Positions 27,809 through 37,929 of a stretch of 64,000 nucleotides of DNA are shown here, piece by piece; within the stretch, counting starts at the first letter, position 1, and each line of letters opens with the position of its first letter. The notes beneath the pieces were generated by a model. That model ran no database searches and had not been told where the DNA came from. It saw only the letters and a list, made by a program, of their open reading frames with translations. Position numbers and translations under genes: made by a program. The DNA is from Candidatus Poribacteria bacterium (GTDB lineage Bacteria > Poribacteria > WGA-4E > GCA-2687025): assembly GCA_016866785.1 (NCBI GenBank), contig VGLH01000001.1, positions 7,356 to 71,355 on the forward strand, read 5' to 3'.

Positions 27809-28668
27809 CGCAAGTACTTGCCGACGAACAGCCCAAGGCGCTCCCGAACGTCGCCCGGCACGACATCGGGGTTCGTTGCGATCGCCGAAGCGAGGGCGCT
27901 GCGACACGAGCAGTCACGTAACGGTGTGACACGTCGGATCGCGTCCCGCACTATCCGCTTGCCGTTCTCGACGTTCTTGGAGAGGTTTGCCAGGATCATC
28001 TCGGTCGTGACCGTGGCATGGTCGGGATGCCAAACGTCGAAGTCCGTCACGGCGGCGAGCGTGGCGTAGCACATCTCCGCCTCGCGCGCGAGCTTGGCTT
28101 CGGTGGCGGCGGTCATCCCGATGATGTCCATACCCCACTGGCGGTAGGTCTTCGACTCGCCCACCGTGGAGAACTGCGGACCCTCGATGCAGATGTACTG
28201 CCCGCCGTCGTGAACGGTGGAGCCCTCCGCGTGCCCGGCGGCGATCAGCGTATCGCGAAGGCATGGGCAATAGGGTTCCGCCATGCCGACGTGCGCGACG
28301 ATCCCTTGTCCGAAGAAGCTGGAGGAGCGGCTCTTGGTGTGGTCGAAGAGCTGGTCCGGCACGACGAACGACGTTGGCTCGATGTGCTCGCGCAGGCTGC
28401 CCACGGCGCTGAACGACAGCAGCGTGTCGACTCCGAGCGTCTTGAGCGCGTAGATATTCGCACGCACGTTCAGATGCGTCGGCGAAATACGGTGACCGCG
28501 TCCGTGGCGGGGTAGGAACGCGACTCGCTCGCCGTCCAGCGTGCCCAGAACCACCGAATCGCTTGGGGAACCGAATGGCGTCTCCACCGCTCGTTCTTCG
28601 ATGTCGCTGAGACCGTCCATCTGGTAGAAGCCGCTGCCACCGATGACCGCGACGCGCGCTGTCGCCAT
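27805..28668 (-). CDS. mtnP: S-methyl-5'-thioadenosine phosphorylase
   Basis: It has the PNP/MTAP family fold with VAVIGGSGFY... and GMTAATEAKLAREAEMCYATLAAVTDFDVW. The internal ATG (MATARVAV) is preceded by GGAAGGAA. The Cys/Arg-rich 48-aa leader of the track ORF is rejected. Confidence 0.8.
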   Translation of the reverse strand: MATARVAVIGGSGFYQMDGLSDIEERAVETPFGSPSDSVVLGTLDGERVAFLPRHGRGHRISPTHLNVRANIYALKTLGVDTLLSFSAVGSLREHIEPTSFVVPDQLFDHTKSRSSSFFGQGIVAHVGMAEPYCPCLRDTLIAAGHAEGSTVHDGGQYICIEGPQFSTVGESKTYRQWGMDIIGMTAATEAKLAREAEMCYATLAAVTDFDVWHPDHATVTTEMILANLSKNVENGKRIVRDAIRRVTPLRDCSCRSALASAIATNPDVVPGDVRERLGLFVGKYLR

Positions 28669-28678
28669 GGGTTCCTTC

Positions 28679-30223
28679 CTATCCGGTGGTGAGAGCCCGC
28701 ATCGCCGACGGGACATGCGAGAGGATATCGCCGGCGAGCAGCGAAGCTCCGAGCGTCGCTGCCGCCAGGTCTCCCGCGAGTCCGTGCAGGTACACGCCCA
28801 GGATCGACGCATCCACCGGGTCGAGCCCCTGCCCCGAGAATCCGGCGATCAGACCGGTGAGAACGTCTCCCGAGCCTGCGGTCGCCATACCGGGATTCCC
28901 GGTCGGGTTCAGGTATGCCAACCCGTTCGGCGCTGCGATAACCGTGGGCACGCCTTTGAGTACCACGACTGCGCCGCACTCGGCTGACAGTGAACGTGCG
29001 ATGCCGATGCGGTCCTTCTCGACGGCATCGACGGTAGTTCGGCAAAGACGAGCCATCTCGCCCGGATGGGGTGTAAGGACCGCACCTGCCGGGAGCGATG
29101 TCGCGCCAATCGCCGCCAAGTGGTTCAGACCGTCGGCGTCGATGACCATGCGGGTCGGGAGCGTCGACCAGTCTGCGGCAAGGTTCGCCATGGTCGCTCG
29201 CGCTCCATCGGATGCCGATAGTCCGGGACCAATCGCGAGAACGTCTGCGCTCTTCGCGCGGGCGCGTATCGAGGGCACGGCTTCGGGAGAGACGCATCCG
29301 TCTGGCGTATCCGGCAGCGATGCGACCATGACTTCCGTGAGCCTGGATGCCAGGGAACCAACCACGGCGCGAGGCGTCGCGAGCGTCACCAGCCCAGCGC
29401 CGGCGCGAAGGGCTGCTTCCGAGGTCAGGGCAGCGGCTCCAGCCATCCCAGACGAACCGGCAACGAGGAGGACGCGCCCGAAGTCGCCCTTGTGGGCGTT
29501 CTTGCGCCGTACCGGGAGCCTGGCAGCAGCGTCAGATCGCTCGACCTGCCACAGCGAGACCGAGGCCGCATCGATGGCTTGGCGCGGAAAGCCGATGTCT
29601 GCGGTCGAGAGCCGACCGACGTAGTCCGCGCCGGGATAGAGCAGCAGCCCGATCTTCGGGAACCCGATGGTCAACGTCTCGCGAGCTCGGATGCAAGGTC
29701 CCGCGACCTGACCGGTTGTCGCATCCAGTCCGCTCGGAACGTCGCAAGCGAGCGCGGGGCGTCTCGATGCGTTGATGCGGTCGATCACTCGCGCCGCATG
29801 ACCGCATGCCCCGCCGCTGAGTCCCGTCCCTAGGATGGCATCGACAAGCCACGCGTGCGCTGTAAAACTCGTCGCATCGAGCGCGACTGGAGTACTGATC
29901 GACGAGACAGGCACCCCGACCCGCTCAGTGGCTTGCAGACACGCCAACGGCTCAGACCCGAGCTCGTCCCGCTCCACCGTGAGATACACGGTCGTCCTGA
30001 ACCCCCATCCGTGCAGGAACCGCGCGGCGACCAGTCCGTCGCCACCGTTGTTGCCCTTGCCGCAAACCACGGCGATGGAGCCGTCGTTACCAACAACGTT
30101 GCGGACACGATCCGCCAGAGCGCGCCCGGCGTGTTCCATCAGAGATCGCGCAGGAATCCCGACGACGTCGATCGTGTGGCGATCGACGGCTCGCATCTCG
30201 CCCGCTGACAGGACGGGGATCAC
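28679..30223 (-). CDS. nnr: Bifunctional NAD(P)H-hydrate repair enzyme Nnr (epimerase + ADP-dependent dehydratase)
   Basis: The N-terminus is a YjeF-N domain (GKGNNGGDGLVAARFL). The C-terminus is a carbohydrate-kinase-like dehydratase domain (GPGL...GSGDVLTGLIAG). Confidence 0.85.
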   Translation of the reverse strand: MIPVLSAGEMRAVDRHTIDVVGIPARSLMEHAGRALADRVRNVVGNDGSIAVVCGKGNNGGDGLVAARFLHGWGFRTTVYLTVERDELGSEPLACLQATERVGVPVSSISTPVALDATSFTAHAWLVDAILGTGLSGGACGHAARVIDRINASRRPALACDVPSGLDATTGQVAGPCIRARETLTIGFPKIGLLLYPGADYVGRLSTADIGFPRQAIDAASVSLWQVERSDAAARLPVRRKNAHKGDFGRVLLVAGSSGMAGAAALTSEAALRAGAGLVTLATPRAVVGSLASRLTEVMVASLPDTPDGCVSPEAVPSIRARAKSADVLAIGPGLSASDGARATMANLAADWSTLPTRMVIDADGLNHLAAIGATSLPAGAVLTPHPGEMARLCRTTVDAVEKDRIGIARSLSAECGAVVVLKGVPTVIAAPNGLAYLNPTGNPGMATAGSGDVLTGLIAGFSGQGLDPVDASILGVYLHGLAGDLAAATLGASLLAGDILSHVPSAMRALTTG

Positions 30224-30294
30224 ATCGGGGCTCCAGCCGACGCGCGGACAGTCGATGGGTTGGCGTCACTGATTCTATCAATCAGGAGACGACG

Positions 30295-30405
30295 ATGCAC
30301 GTCCGGGTTGCACTGGCGATCGGCTTTGCGGCTGGCGCGATCCTTGACCCGTACCTACGGATCGCCTATCTTCCATGCGAGACGGGCGGCGTGCCGTGTT
30401 CCTGA
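30295..30405 (+). CDS. Candidate 36-aa small ORF (MHVRVALAIGFAAGAILDPYLRIAYLPCETGGVPCS)
   Basis: It has AGGAG at a 6-nt spacer before the ATG at 30295. GC3 is about 70 percent, like the surrounding genes. The core is hydrophobic. It ends 14 nt before the next gene start. It is not in the ORF track because it is under 60 aa. Confidence 0.3.
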   Translation: MHVRVALAIGFAAGAILDPYLRIAYLPCETGGVPCS

Positions 30406-30418
30406 GAGGAAGGCGCGG

Positions 30419-30688
30419 ATGGAGTTCTTCGGACTCGTATTCCCCTTCATCGTCGCACTGGTGCTGATCAACCGCGTCTTCGACTACCAGAAGGCGAAGG
30501 TGTTGTCGAGGACGCAGGATCGCGATGCTCAGCAGCTCGCGGGCTTGCGCGAAGACATCGGTCGGCTGCAGGAGATGGTCGCCGACGTGCTGCTGGAGCT
30601 CGACGAGCAGCGGCGGCTGCGGTCCACCGGCTCCGCCCCGCCTCTCCCGCCATCGTCGCGCGCTGAGCAGGAACGGAATCACTCGTGA
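30419..30688 (+). CDS. Small single-pass membrane protein with C-terminal coiled coil (89 aa)
   Basis: The internal ATG (MEFFGLVFPFIVALVLINRVF) is preceded by GAGAGGAAGG. It has one TM helix followed by a heptad-like segment (LREDIGRLQEMVADVLLELDEQRRL). Confidence 0.55.
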   Translation: MEFFGLVFPFIVALVLINRVFDYQKAKVLSRTQDRDAQQLAGLREDIGRLQEMVADVLLELDEQRRLRSTGSAPPLPPSSRAEQERNHS

Positions 30689-30945
30689 TGTCGCTTTGGC
30701 TGTTCTTGACGATCGCTGCGCTCTGCGTGACCGTGATTTCGCTCTTCGCGCTGCGGATGGTTCTCGGTCCGCCTCACATCCCCAGTCGCCATTCGTCTGG
30801 AGAGCTAGAGGACCTCCGCCGGGCTATCGAGGACATACAGCGGCGCGTTGCGTCAATCCAAGAGACCCTATCCGACGTGCTCGTCGAGCAAGAGCGTCTG
30901 AGCGAATCCGACCACGCGCCCTCCATCGGACGTTCCGACACGTAG
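30685..30945 (+). CDS. Small single-pass membrane protein with C-terminal coiled coil (86 aa), a paralog of the upstream gene
   Basis: It has the same architecture (MMSLWLFLTIAALCVTVISLFAL... LEDLRRAIEDIQRRVASIQETLSDVLVEQERL). The GTG/ATG start overlaps the upstream stop (GTGATG). Confidence 0.55.
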   Translation: MMSLWLFLTIAALCVTVISLFALRMVLGPPHIPSRHSSGELEDLRRAIEDIQRRVASIQETLSDVLVEQERLSESDHAPSIGRSDT

Positions 30946-30988
30946 CCGGCTCGACGCCGCCTCGACGTTGCCGCACCTACACGGTTCT

Positions 30989-31027
30989 GAAGACAGAAAG
31001 GGCGGCGAGCCCATGCCCGCCGCCCTT
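30989..31027 (-). terminator. Rho-independent terminator candidate downstream of groEL
   Basis: The stem is 10 bp (AAGGGCGGCG / CGCCGCCCTT) with a 10-nt loop. It is followed on the minus strand by UUUCUGUCUUC. Confidence 0.5.
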
Positions 31028-31047
31028 CACAGTGTACCGGTTCTGGA

Positions 31048-33004
<1,957 letters not shown>

Positions 33005-33070
33005 GCGTAGTCTCCTGTGATCGCTCCCAACCTGTCTGGAACGGCACTCATCGCCGTTTGCGGCAAGGAG

Positions 33071-33097
33071 TTAGCAATCGGCGTGCCAGAGTGCCAA
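33071..33097. promoter_or_regulatory. CIRCE-like HrcA operator upstream of groES
   Basis: The element is TTAGCAATC-N9-GAGTGCCAA. The consensus is TTAGCACTC-N9-GAGTGCTAA. The spacing is exact with two mismatches. It lies about 67 nt upstream of the groES start. Confidence 0.6.
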
Positions 33098-33367
33098 CTC
33101 ACGTGAGTCATGCCGAAAACCCCCGCCAATACTGCGATCTCGTGTTCTGTCGAATGGCTAGGAAGATAGATCGAGCCGTTTTGGCACTGCTTTGCTCCAC
33201 GGATGTAGAGCCATTATGGCACTCTCGCGTTCGGCGCGCACTTTCTGGCACGGCGGAGTCGTGTCCGATCCCATCCGGCAAGCGTTGCGCGCCTGTTGGG
33301 CGTTGGCTACATTCGGTACCGAGTGGGGCGGAGGATGGGCTGAGCCCCGTACACGAGGAGCACCAGA

Positions 33368-34144
33368 GTGGAGAGACGGTTCCTACTTGTAGTCCTGGTT
33401 GCGCTCTGCCTAGGAGCCGCATCCGCGGCCTTGGCGCAGGTCGAGAACGCCGTTGGCATTTGGCTGTTCGACGAGGGTTCGGGCGAGATCGCCAAGGACG
33501 GTTCCGGACTGGGCAACAACGGCAAGATCATCGGCGCGAAGTACGTCGACGGGAAGTTCGGCAAGGCGCTTCAGATGAACGGAGCCGACCAGTACGTCCA
33601 GGTTCCGGACGCGAAGTCGCTTGACCTCGAGACCGAGCTCTCGATGGTCTGCTGGTTCAACTGGGAAGGGTCCGGCGACGGCTGGCAGACGTTCTTCTCA
33701 AAGGGCCCCATGTCGGGCACCAATGAGAACTGGGCGCTGTTCATCAACACCGGGTCGAAGTACTTCCATTTCGTCATCACGCCGAACGGCGGCCGCACCA
33801 ACTTCGACTCGCCAGGAGGAGCGTTCGACGCCAAGAAGTGGACGCACGTCGCCGCCACGTACGACGGCAAGACGCGCCGGATCTACGTGAACGGCAAGAT
33901 GGTGGGCGAAACGGGCACCAGCGGCAAGACGACCCCCAACGACAACTTCCTGGGCATCGGCTGGCGCGAGGGCTCGTCCCATTGGTGGAAAGGCTCGCTC
34001 GACGAGATGGCGGTTTTCAACAAGGCGATCACGGAGAAGCAGATCACTACCATCTATGAGCAGGGAATCGACTCGCTCTTGGCGGTGCAGCCCAAGGACA
34101 AGGTGACGGTTGCCTGGGGCGAAATCAAGCGCGCCTACCCCTAG
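33368..34144 (+). CDS. Secreted LamG / concanavalin-A-like lectin-domain protein
   Basis: It has a signal peptide (MERRFLLVVLVALCLGAASAALAQ). The motif WTHVAATYDGKTRRIYVNGK is typical of Laminin_G_3 domains. Confidence 0.7.
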   Translation: MERRFLLVVLVALCLGAASAALAQVENAVGIWLFDEGSGEIAKDGSGLGNNGKIIGAKYVDGKFGKALQMNGADQYVQVPDAKSLDLETELSMVCWFNWEGSGDGWQTFFSKGPMSGTNENWALFINTGSKYFHFVITPNGGRTNFDSPGGAFDAKKWTHVAATYDGKTRRIYVNGKMVGETGTSGKTTPNDNFLGIGWREGSSHWWKGSLDEMAVFNKAITEKQITTIYEQGIDSLLAVQPKDKVTVAWGEIKRAYP

Positions 34145-34167
34145 CACATCGGCTCTTCGAGACGACG

Positions 34168-34195
34168 ATGGGGCAGGTCTTACGGCCTGCCCCAT
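34168..34195 (+). terminator. Terminator-like hairpin after the LamG gene
   Basis: The stem is 10 bp (ATGGGGCAGG / CCTGCCCCAT) with an 8-nt loop. It is followed by TTGACTTGG, a weak U-tract. Confidence 0.4.
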
Positions 34196-34246
34196 TGACT
34201 TGGATCGACGCACGACAGCGCGACACGAACCATTGGAGGCAGTGCC

Positions 34247-35893
34247 ATGCCGCTTCGATGCGCGAGCCATGAGACGCTCATCGCAGAGACCGACCGGTTT
34301 GTCGCGCGCTTCGAGGGCGGCGCGTTGATCAGCCTAGTGTCCCGTGGGACTGGCACTGAATGGTGTCGGAACGGCGAAGCGCCCTTCCCGGTCGAGATCT
34401 ACTATGCACAGGGCGATTCCTACGGACGCGACAAGCACCAGCGGATCACGGTGAAGCTCCTGTCCGAGCTCGCCGCGCGAATCGTGTTCATCGGGAACGA
34501 TACGGATCGAGAGCTGTTCGTGCGACTCGATCCATCTACGGGCGATCTGTGCGTCACGCCGTCGGCGCAGGGAGCTCGTCGCGGCATCGTTTCGGCTCGG
34601 TGGAACGTGCCGTTCGCCAAGGAAGCTGCCCTCATCCTGCCTTGTGTGAACGGCATCCGCGTCGACTCGGATCGCGAGTTCCCCCGGAACGATCGGTTCC
34701 CGTGGCCCTTCCGTTGGAACGCGCAGCTCGCCGTCGCGGAGATGGGCCGCGAGTCGTTGATGATTCACGCAGAGGACACTTCCTACAAGTTCAAGGCGCT
34801 GAACCTGAATCGGCGCGAAGGGGCGTCAACGCTCGGGTTCGAGAGCGAGCAGCCTGGACCCGTGTGGCAGAACCGGAACGCCGGGGGCGTGGAGTGGCGC
34901 GTCAATGTCTACGACGGCGATTGGCGCGCGCCCGTCGCCCGGTACCGCGCGTGGATGAACCGCACGTACTCGCTGGCGGCAAAGCGCGCCTCTCGGCCCG
35001 ACTGGGTGGATGGCATTCGGTTCTCGATTGGCTGGGCGAGCCCGAACGTCGCCGTTCTGGATGCGTTCGCCCGAATCTTTCCGCCCAACCAAACGCTCAT
35101 CCATCTCAGTAACTGGCGCACCAGCGCGTACGATGTCGACTACCCCGACTACGTTCCCACCGACGACACCAGGGCGTACCTCGCGAAGGCGAACGAGATG
35201 GGCTTCAAGGTGATGCCCCATTTCAACTACTTCGCCCTCGACGAGGACCACGCCGTCTACGGCAAGGTGCGCGACTGGCAGATTCGCGGGGCGTATCGGA
35301 ACGATCCGCAGGGCTGGTACTGGCCCCCAGAGTCGCACGACTACACGCGGATGGGCTTCATCCACCCAGGACTGGGCTCATGGAGGCGCACGATCATCGA
35401 CGCGTCGCTGGAGGCCGCACGAGATCTACAGGCACCGGCGATCTTCATCGACCAGACGTTGTGCACGTGGAACACGGACAACGGCCTCGTCGAGGGCATG
35501 ACGACGCCCGAAGGCATGTGGCGCATGCAAGAGGAGTACGTCGCCGTGCAGCCCGATCTCGTGCTGGCTGGCGAGGGCTTGACCGAGATCAGCTTCCAAC
35601 GCGAGTGTTTCGCGCAGGCGCATATCCACGACGGCTGGGGCGACCTGCGCGACGAACACATTCCTGCCGCGCATGGCATCTGCGCGGAGCTGTGGCGCGG
35701 ACACACGCGCTTCGTGGGATACTACCACCTGCATCCGACGCAGAAAGACGCGCACATCGCCATTGAGGTCTATCGTCGGATGGGAGCCATTCCGACGTTG
35801 ATCTGCAACGAGCCTTCGCTGATCACGCTGGATCAGCCGATCGTGAAGCGCCTCATCGAGCTTGCAGCGGGCAACGACGGCGCATCAGGCTGA
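34247..35893 (+). CDS. Uncharacterised 548-aa protein (possible glycoside-hydrolase-like barrel)
   Basis: It has a clean ORF with GGAGG at a 7-nt spacer before the ATG. It has no signal peptide. It is rich in acidic and aromatic residues. I recognise no motif. Confidence 0.4.
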   Translation: MPLRCASHETLIAETDRFVARFEGGALISLVSRGTGTEWCRNGEAPFPVEIYYAQGDSYGRDKHQRITVKLLSELAARIVFIGNDTDRELFVRLDPSTGDLCVTPSAQGARRGIVSARWNVPFAKEAALILPCVNGIRVDSDREFPRNDRFPWPFRWNAQLAVAEMGRESLMIHAEDTSYKFKALNLNRREGASTLGFESEQPGPVWQNRNAGGVEWRVNVYDGDWRAPVARYRAWMNRTYSLAAKRASRPDWVDGIRFSIGWASPNVAVLDAFARIFPPNQTLIHLSNWRTSAYDVDYPDYVPTDDTRAYLAKANEMGFKVMPHFNYFALDEDHAVYGKVRDWQIRGAYRNDPQGWYWPPESHDYTRMGFIHPGLGSWRRTIIDASLEAARDLQAPAIFIDQTLCTWNTDNGLVEGMTTPEGMWRMQEEYVAVQPDLVLAGEGLTEISFQRECFAQAHIHDGWGDLRDEHIPAAHGICAELWRGHTRFVGYYHLHPTQKDAHIAIEVYRRMGAIPTLICNEPSLITLDQPIVKRLIELAAGNDGASG

Positions 35894-35949
35894 ACCAACC
35901 CATACAGTGCGCGCGGATTGCTCGCGCGCGAACACGTAGGAGTGACCCG

Positions 35950-36576
35950 ATGGCTGGCTCGCCTCCGAGTGGAGCGGTTGTGCTATTTGACGGCAGCGAT
36001 CTCAACGGCTGGACGACGCGTTCCGGCGGAGCGCCTGGATGGCAGGTGTCTCACGGGATCATGACGGTCGTGCCGAAGTCCGGCGACATCATGAGCCGGT
36101 ACACGTTCCGAGACAGCCTACTACATTTGGAGTTCCGCTGCCCCGACATGCCCGAAGCCCGGGGACAGGCGAAGGGAAACAGCGGCGTGTTCCTTCAGGG
36201 TCGGTACGAGATCCAGGTGCTCGATTCATACGGAATCCCTGTCCCGGGCAAGGGCGATTGCGCTGCTATCTACGACCAGTTCGCCCCACTGACGAACGCC
36301 TGCAAGCCGCCGATGGAGTGGCAGTCGTACGACGCGTGCTTCCGAGCTGCGCGCGTCGATGGCGATGGCAAGACCATCACGCCGGCGCGGATCACCCTAC
36401 TGCACAACGGCGTCGTCGTGCACAACAACGTGCAGACGAACGGGCCCACCGGCGGCTCCGTCGACCTGAACGTCGGAGAACCGGGTCCGCTGCTGCTCCA
36501 GGATCACGGGAACCTGGTGTCGTATCGGAACGTGTGGGTGTTGCCGCTGGCGGAAGAGGGTTCGTCGGCTTACTAG
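35950..36576 (+). CDS. DUF1080-family protein (3-keto-disaccharide hydrolase-like, LamG fold)
   Basis: It has WxxxDG...F.L.F motifs characteristic of DUF1080 (VLFDGSDLNGW...LHLEFRCP...NSGVFLQGRYEIQVLDS). Confidence 0.65.
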   Translation: MAGSPPSGAVVLFDGSDLNGWTTRSGGAPGWQVSHGIMTVVPKSGDIMSRYTFRDSLLHLEFRCPDMPEARGQAKGNSGVFLQGRYEIQVLDSYGIPVPGKGDCAAIYDQFAPLTNACKPPMEWQSYDACFRAARVDGDGKTITPARITLLHNGVVVHNNVQTNGPTGGSVDLNVGEPGPLLLQDHGNLVSYRNVWVLPLAEEGSSAY

Positions 36577-36583
36577 GGCGTTC

Positions 36584-36610
36584 GGATGGCGGCGACCTTC
36601 GCCGCCATCC
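36584..36610. terminator. Perfect 12-bp stem / 3-nt loop hairpin between the convergent DUF1080 and rpsR genes. It is a candidate bidirectional terminator.
   Basis: The sequence is GGATGGCGGCGA-cct-TCGCCGCCATCC. There is no obvious U-tract on either side. Confidence 0.45.
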
Positions 36611-36620
36611 CCCAAGCCGT

Positions 36621-36854
36621 CTACTTCACTTCAAAGGGCAGCAAGGCGAGCATTCGGGCGCGCTTGATCGCGACCATCAGCTTGCGCTGTCCCCGCGACG
36701 AAAGGTAGGTCGTGCGTCGCGGGCGAATCTTGCCTCGGTCCGTCAAGTATTGGCGGATGAAGCCCAGGTTCTTGTAGTCGATCTGCTTCTCGATCGCCTC
36801 CAACTGCTCGCGGGTGAGGCGTCGTCGTCGTCCGCCTCGTGCTGCTCGCACCAC
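36621..36854 (-). CDS. rpsR: 30S ribosomal protein S18
   Basis: The sequence is [51 protein letters not shown] take the GTG at 36852-36854 as the start. It is preceded by GAGGAG at a 6-nt spacer. Confidence 0.85.
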   Translation of the reverse strand: MVRAARGGRRRRLTREQLEAIEKQIDYKNLGFIRQYLTDRGKIRPRRTTYLSSRGQRKLMVAIKRARMLALLPFEVK

Positions 36855-37041
36855 GTCGTGCTCCTCATGGGGGTCGCGTTGGTTCGTGTCTCTTCCAGGA
36901 CCTAGCCGTCCGCGCACCTGTCGAGGGGCTGTGCGACCCATCCCTTTCTGGGACCCCTCCGGCCGGCGCGAAGCGCACGGGTGCGCGGGTCAGACCTAAC
37001 CCATTGTACCCGCCCGGTTCGCGGTCGGTCAACGGACTCGG

Positions 37042-37911
37042 CTACCCGATCGGCGTGCCCGTCGTCTGCGTCAGCTCGCGGAACGCCTCGGTCAGCTTGC
37101 GAGTGACGCTCCCCGGAAGACCGTCGCCGATCACCCGCCGGTCGACCATGACCACAGGGATCAGCTCTGCCGCCGTGCCGGTGAGGAAGCACTCGTCGGC
37201 GGTATAGACCTCGTAGCGGGTGAAGAGCGTCTGCTTTGTGGGCATCCCCTGCTCTGCCGCCAGTCCGAGCACGACGTTCCGCGTGATGCCCTCAAGGGCT
37301 CCGACATGCGAGGGAGGCGTCAACAACGCGCCGTCGCGGACGACGAAGATGTTGTCGCCGGTGCACTCGACGACATAGCCCTCCTGGTTCAGCATGATCG
37401 CCTCGGGAACCCCTGCGATCTGCCCCTCGATCTTCGCCAGGATGTTGTTCAGATAGTTCAGCGACTTGATCCGCGGGTTCAGCGCCTCGGCGATGTTCCG
37501 GCGGGTCGGGACGGTCACGACCTCCAAGCCCTGTTCGTAGTACTTCTCCGGGTACAGGGCGATCTTACCCGCGATGCAGAACACCGATGCCCGGGGACAT
37601 TTCTCGGGTCCCAAGCCCAGGTCGCCGACGCCGCGCGTGACGACCAGGCGCACGTAGGCATCGCGCAGACCGTTGCGTCGGATCGTGTCTAGGACGATGC
37701 CCTCCATCTCGCCCTGCGTCAGAGGGATCGTCAGCATGATCGCCTTCGCGGAGTCGTAGAGGCGCTGCAGATGCTCATCGAGGCGGAATACGCGGCCGTT
37801 GTAGGCTCGAATGCCTTCAAAGACCCCGTCGCCGTACAGCAGTCCATGGTCGAAGACGGAAACCTTGGCGTCCTCCTTGGACACGAAGCTGCCGTCGAGA
37901 TAGATGATCAT
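37042..37911 (-). CDS. ilvE: Branched-chain-amino-acid aminotransferase (class IV PLP enzyme)
   Basis: The N-terminus reads GDGVFEGIRAY...RLDEHLQRL. The class-IV signature is ECTGDNIFVV...LEGITR. Confidence 0.75.
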   Translation of the reverse strand: MIIYLDGSFVSKEDAKVSVFDHGLLYGDGVFEGIRAYNGRVFRLDEHLQRLYDSAKAIMLTIPLTQGEMEGIVLDTIRRNGLRDAYVRLVVTRGVGDLGLGPEKCPRASVFCIAGKIALYPEKYYEQGLEVVTVPTRRNIAEALNPRIKSLNYLNNILAKIEGQIAGVPEAIMLNQEGYVVECTGDNIFVVRDGALLTPPSHVGALEGITRNVVLGLAAEQGMPTKQTLFTRYEVYTADECFLTGTAAELIPVVMVDRRVIGDGLPGSVTRKLTEAFRELTQTTGTPIG

Positions 37912-37929
37912 CCGCGTCGCCTTCCTGCC

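Noticed and set aside
33180-33200. Possible sigma-54 promoter (TGGCAC-N4-TTGC) upstream of the LamG gene
   Set aside because: The GG-to-GC spacing is 9 nt, where the canonical -24/-12 spacing is 10. The element also belongs to the cluster of CIRCE-like TGGCACT half-sites. It is a better fit as a repressor half-site than as an RpoN promoter.
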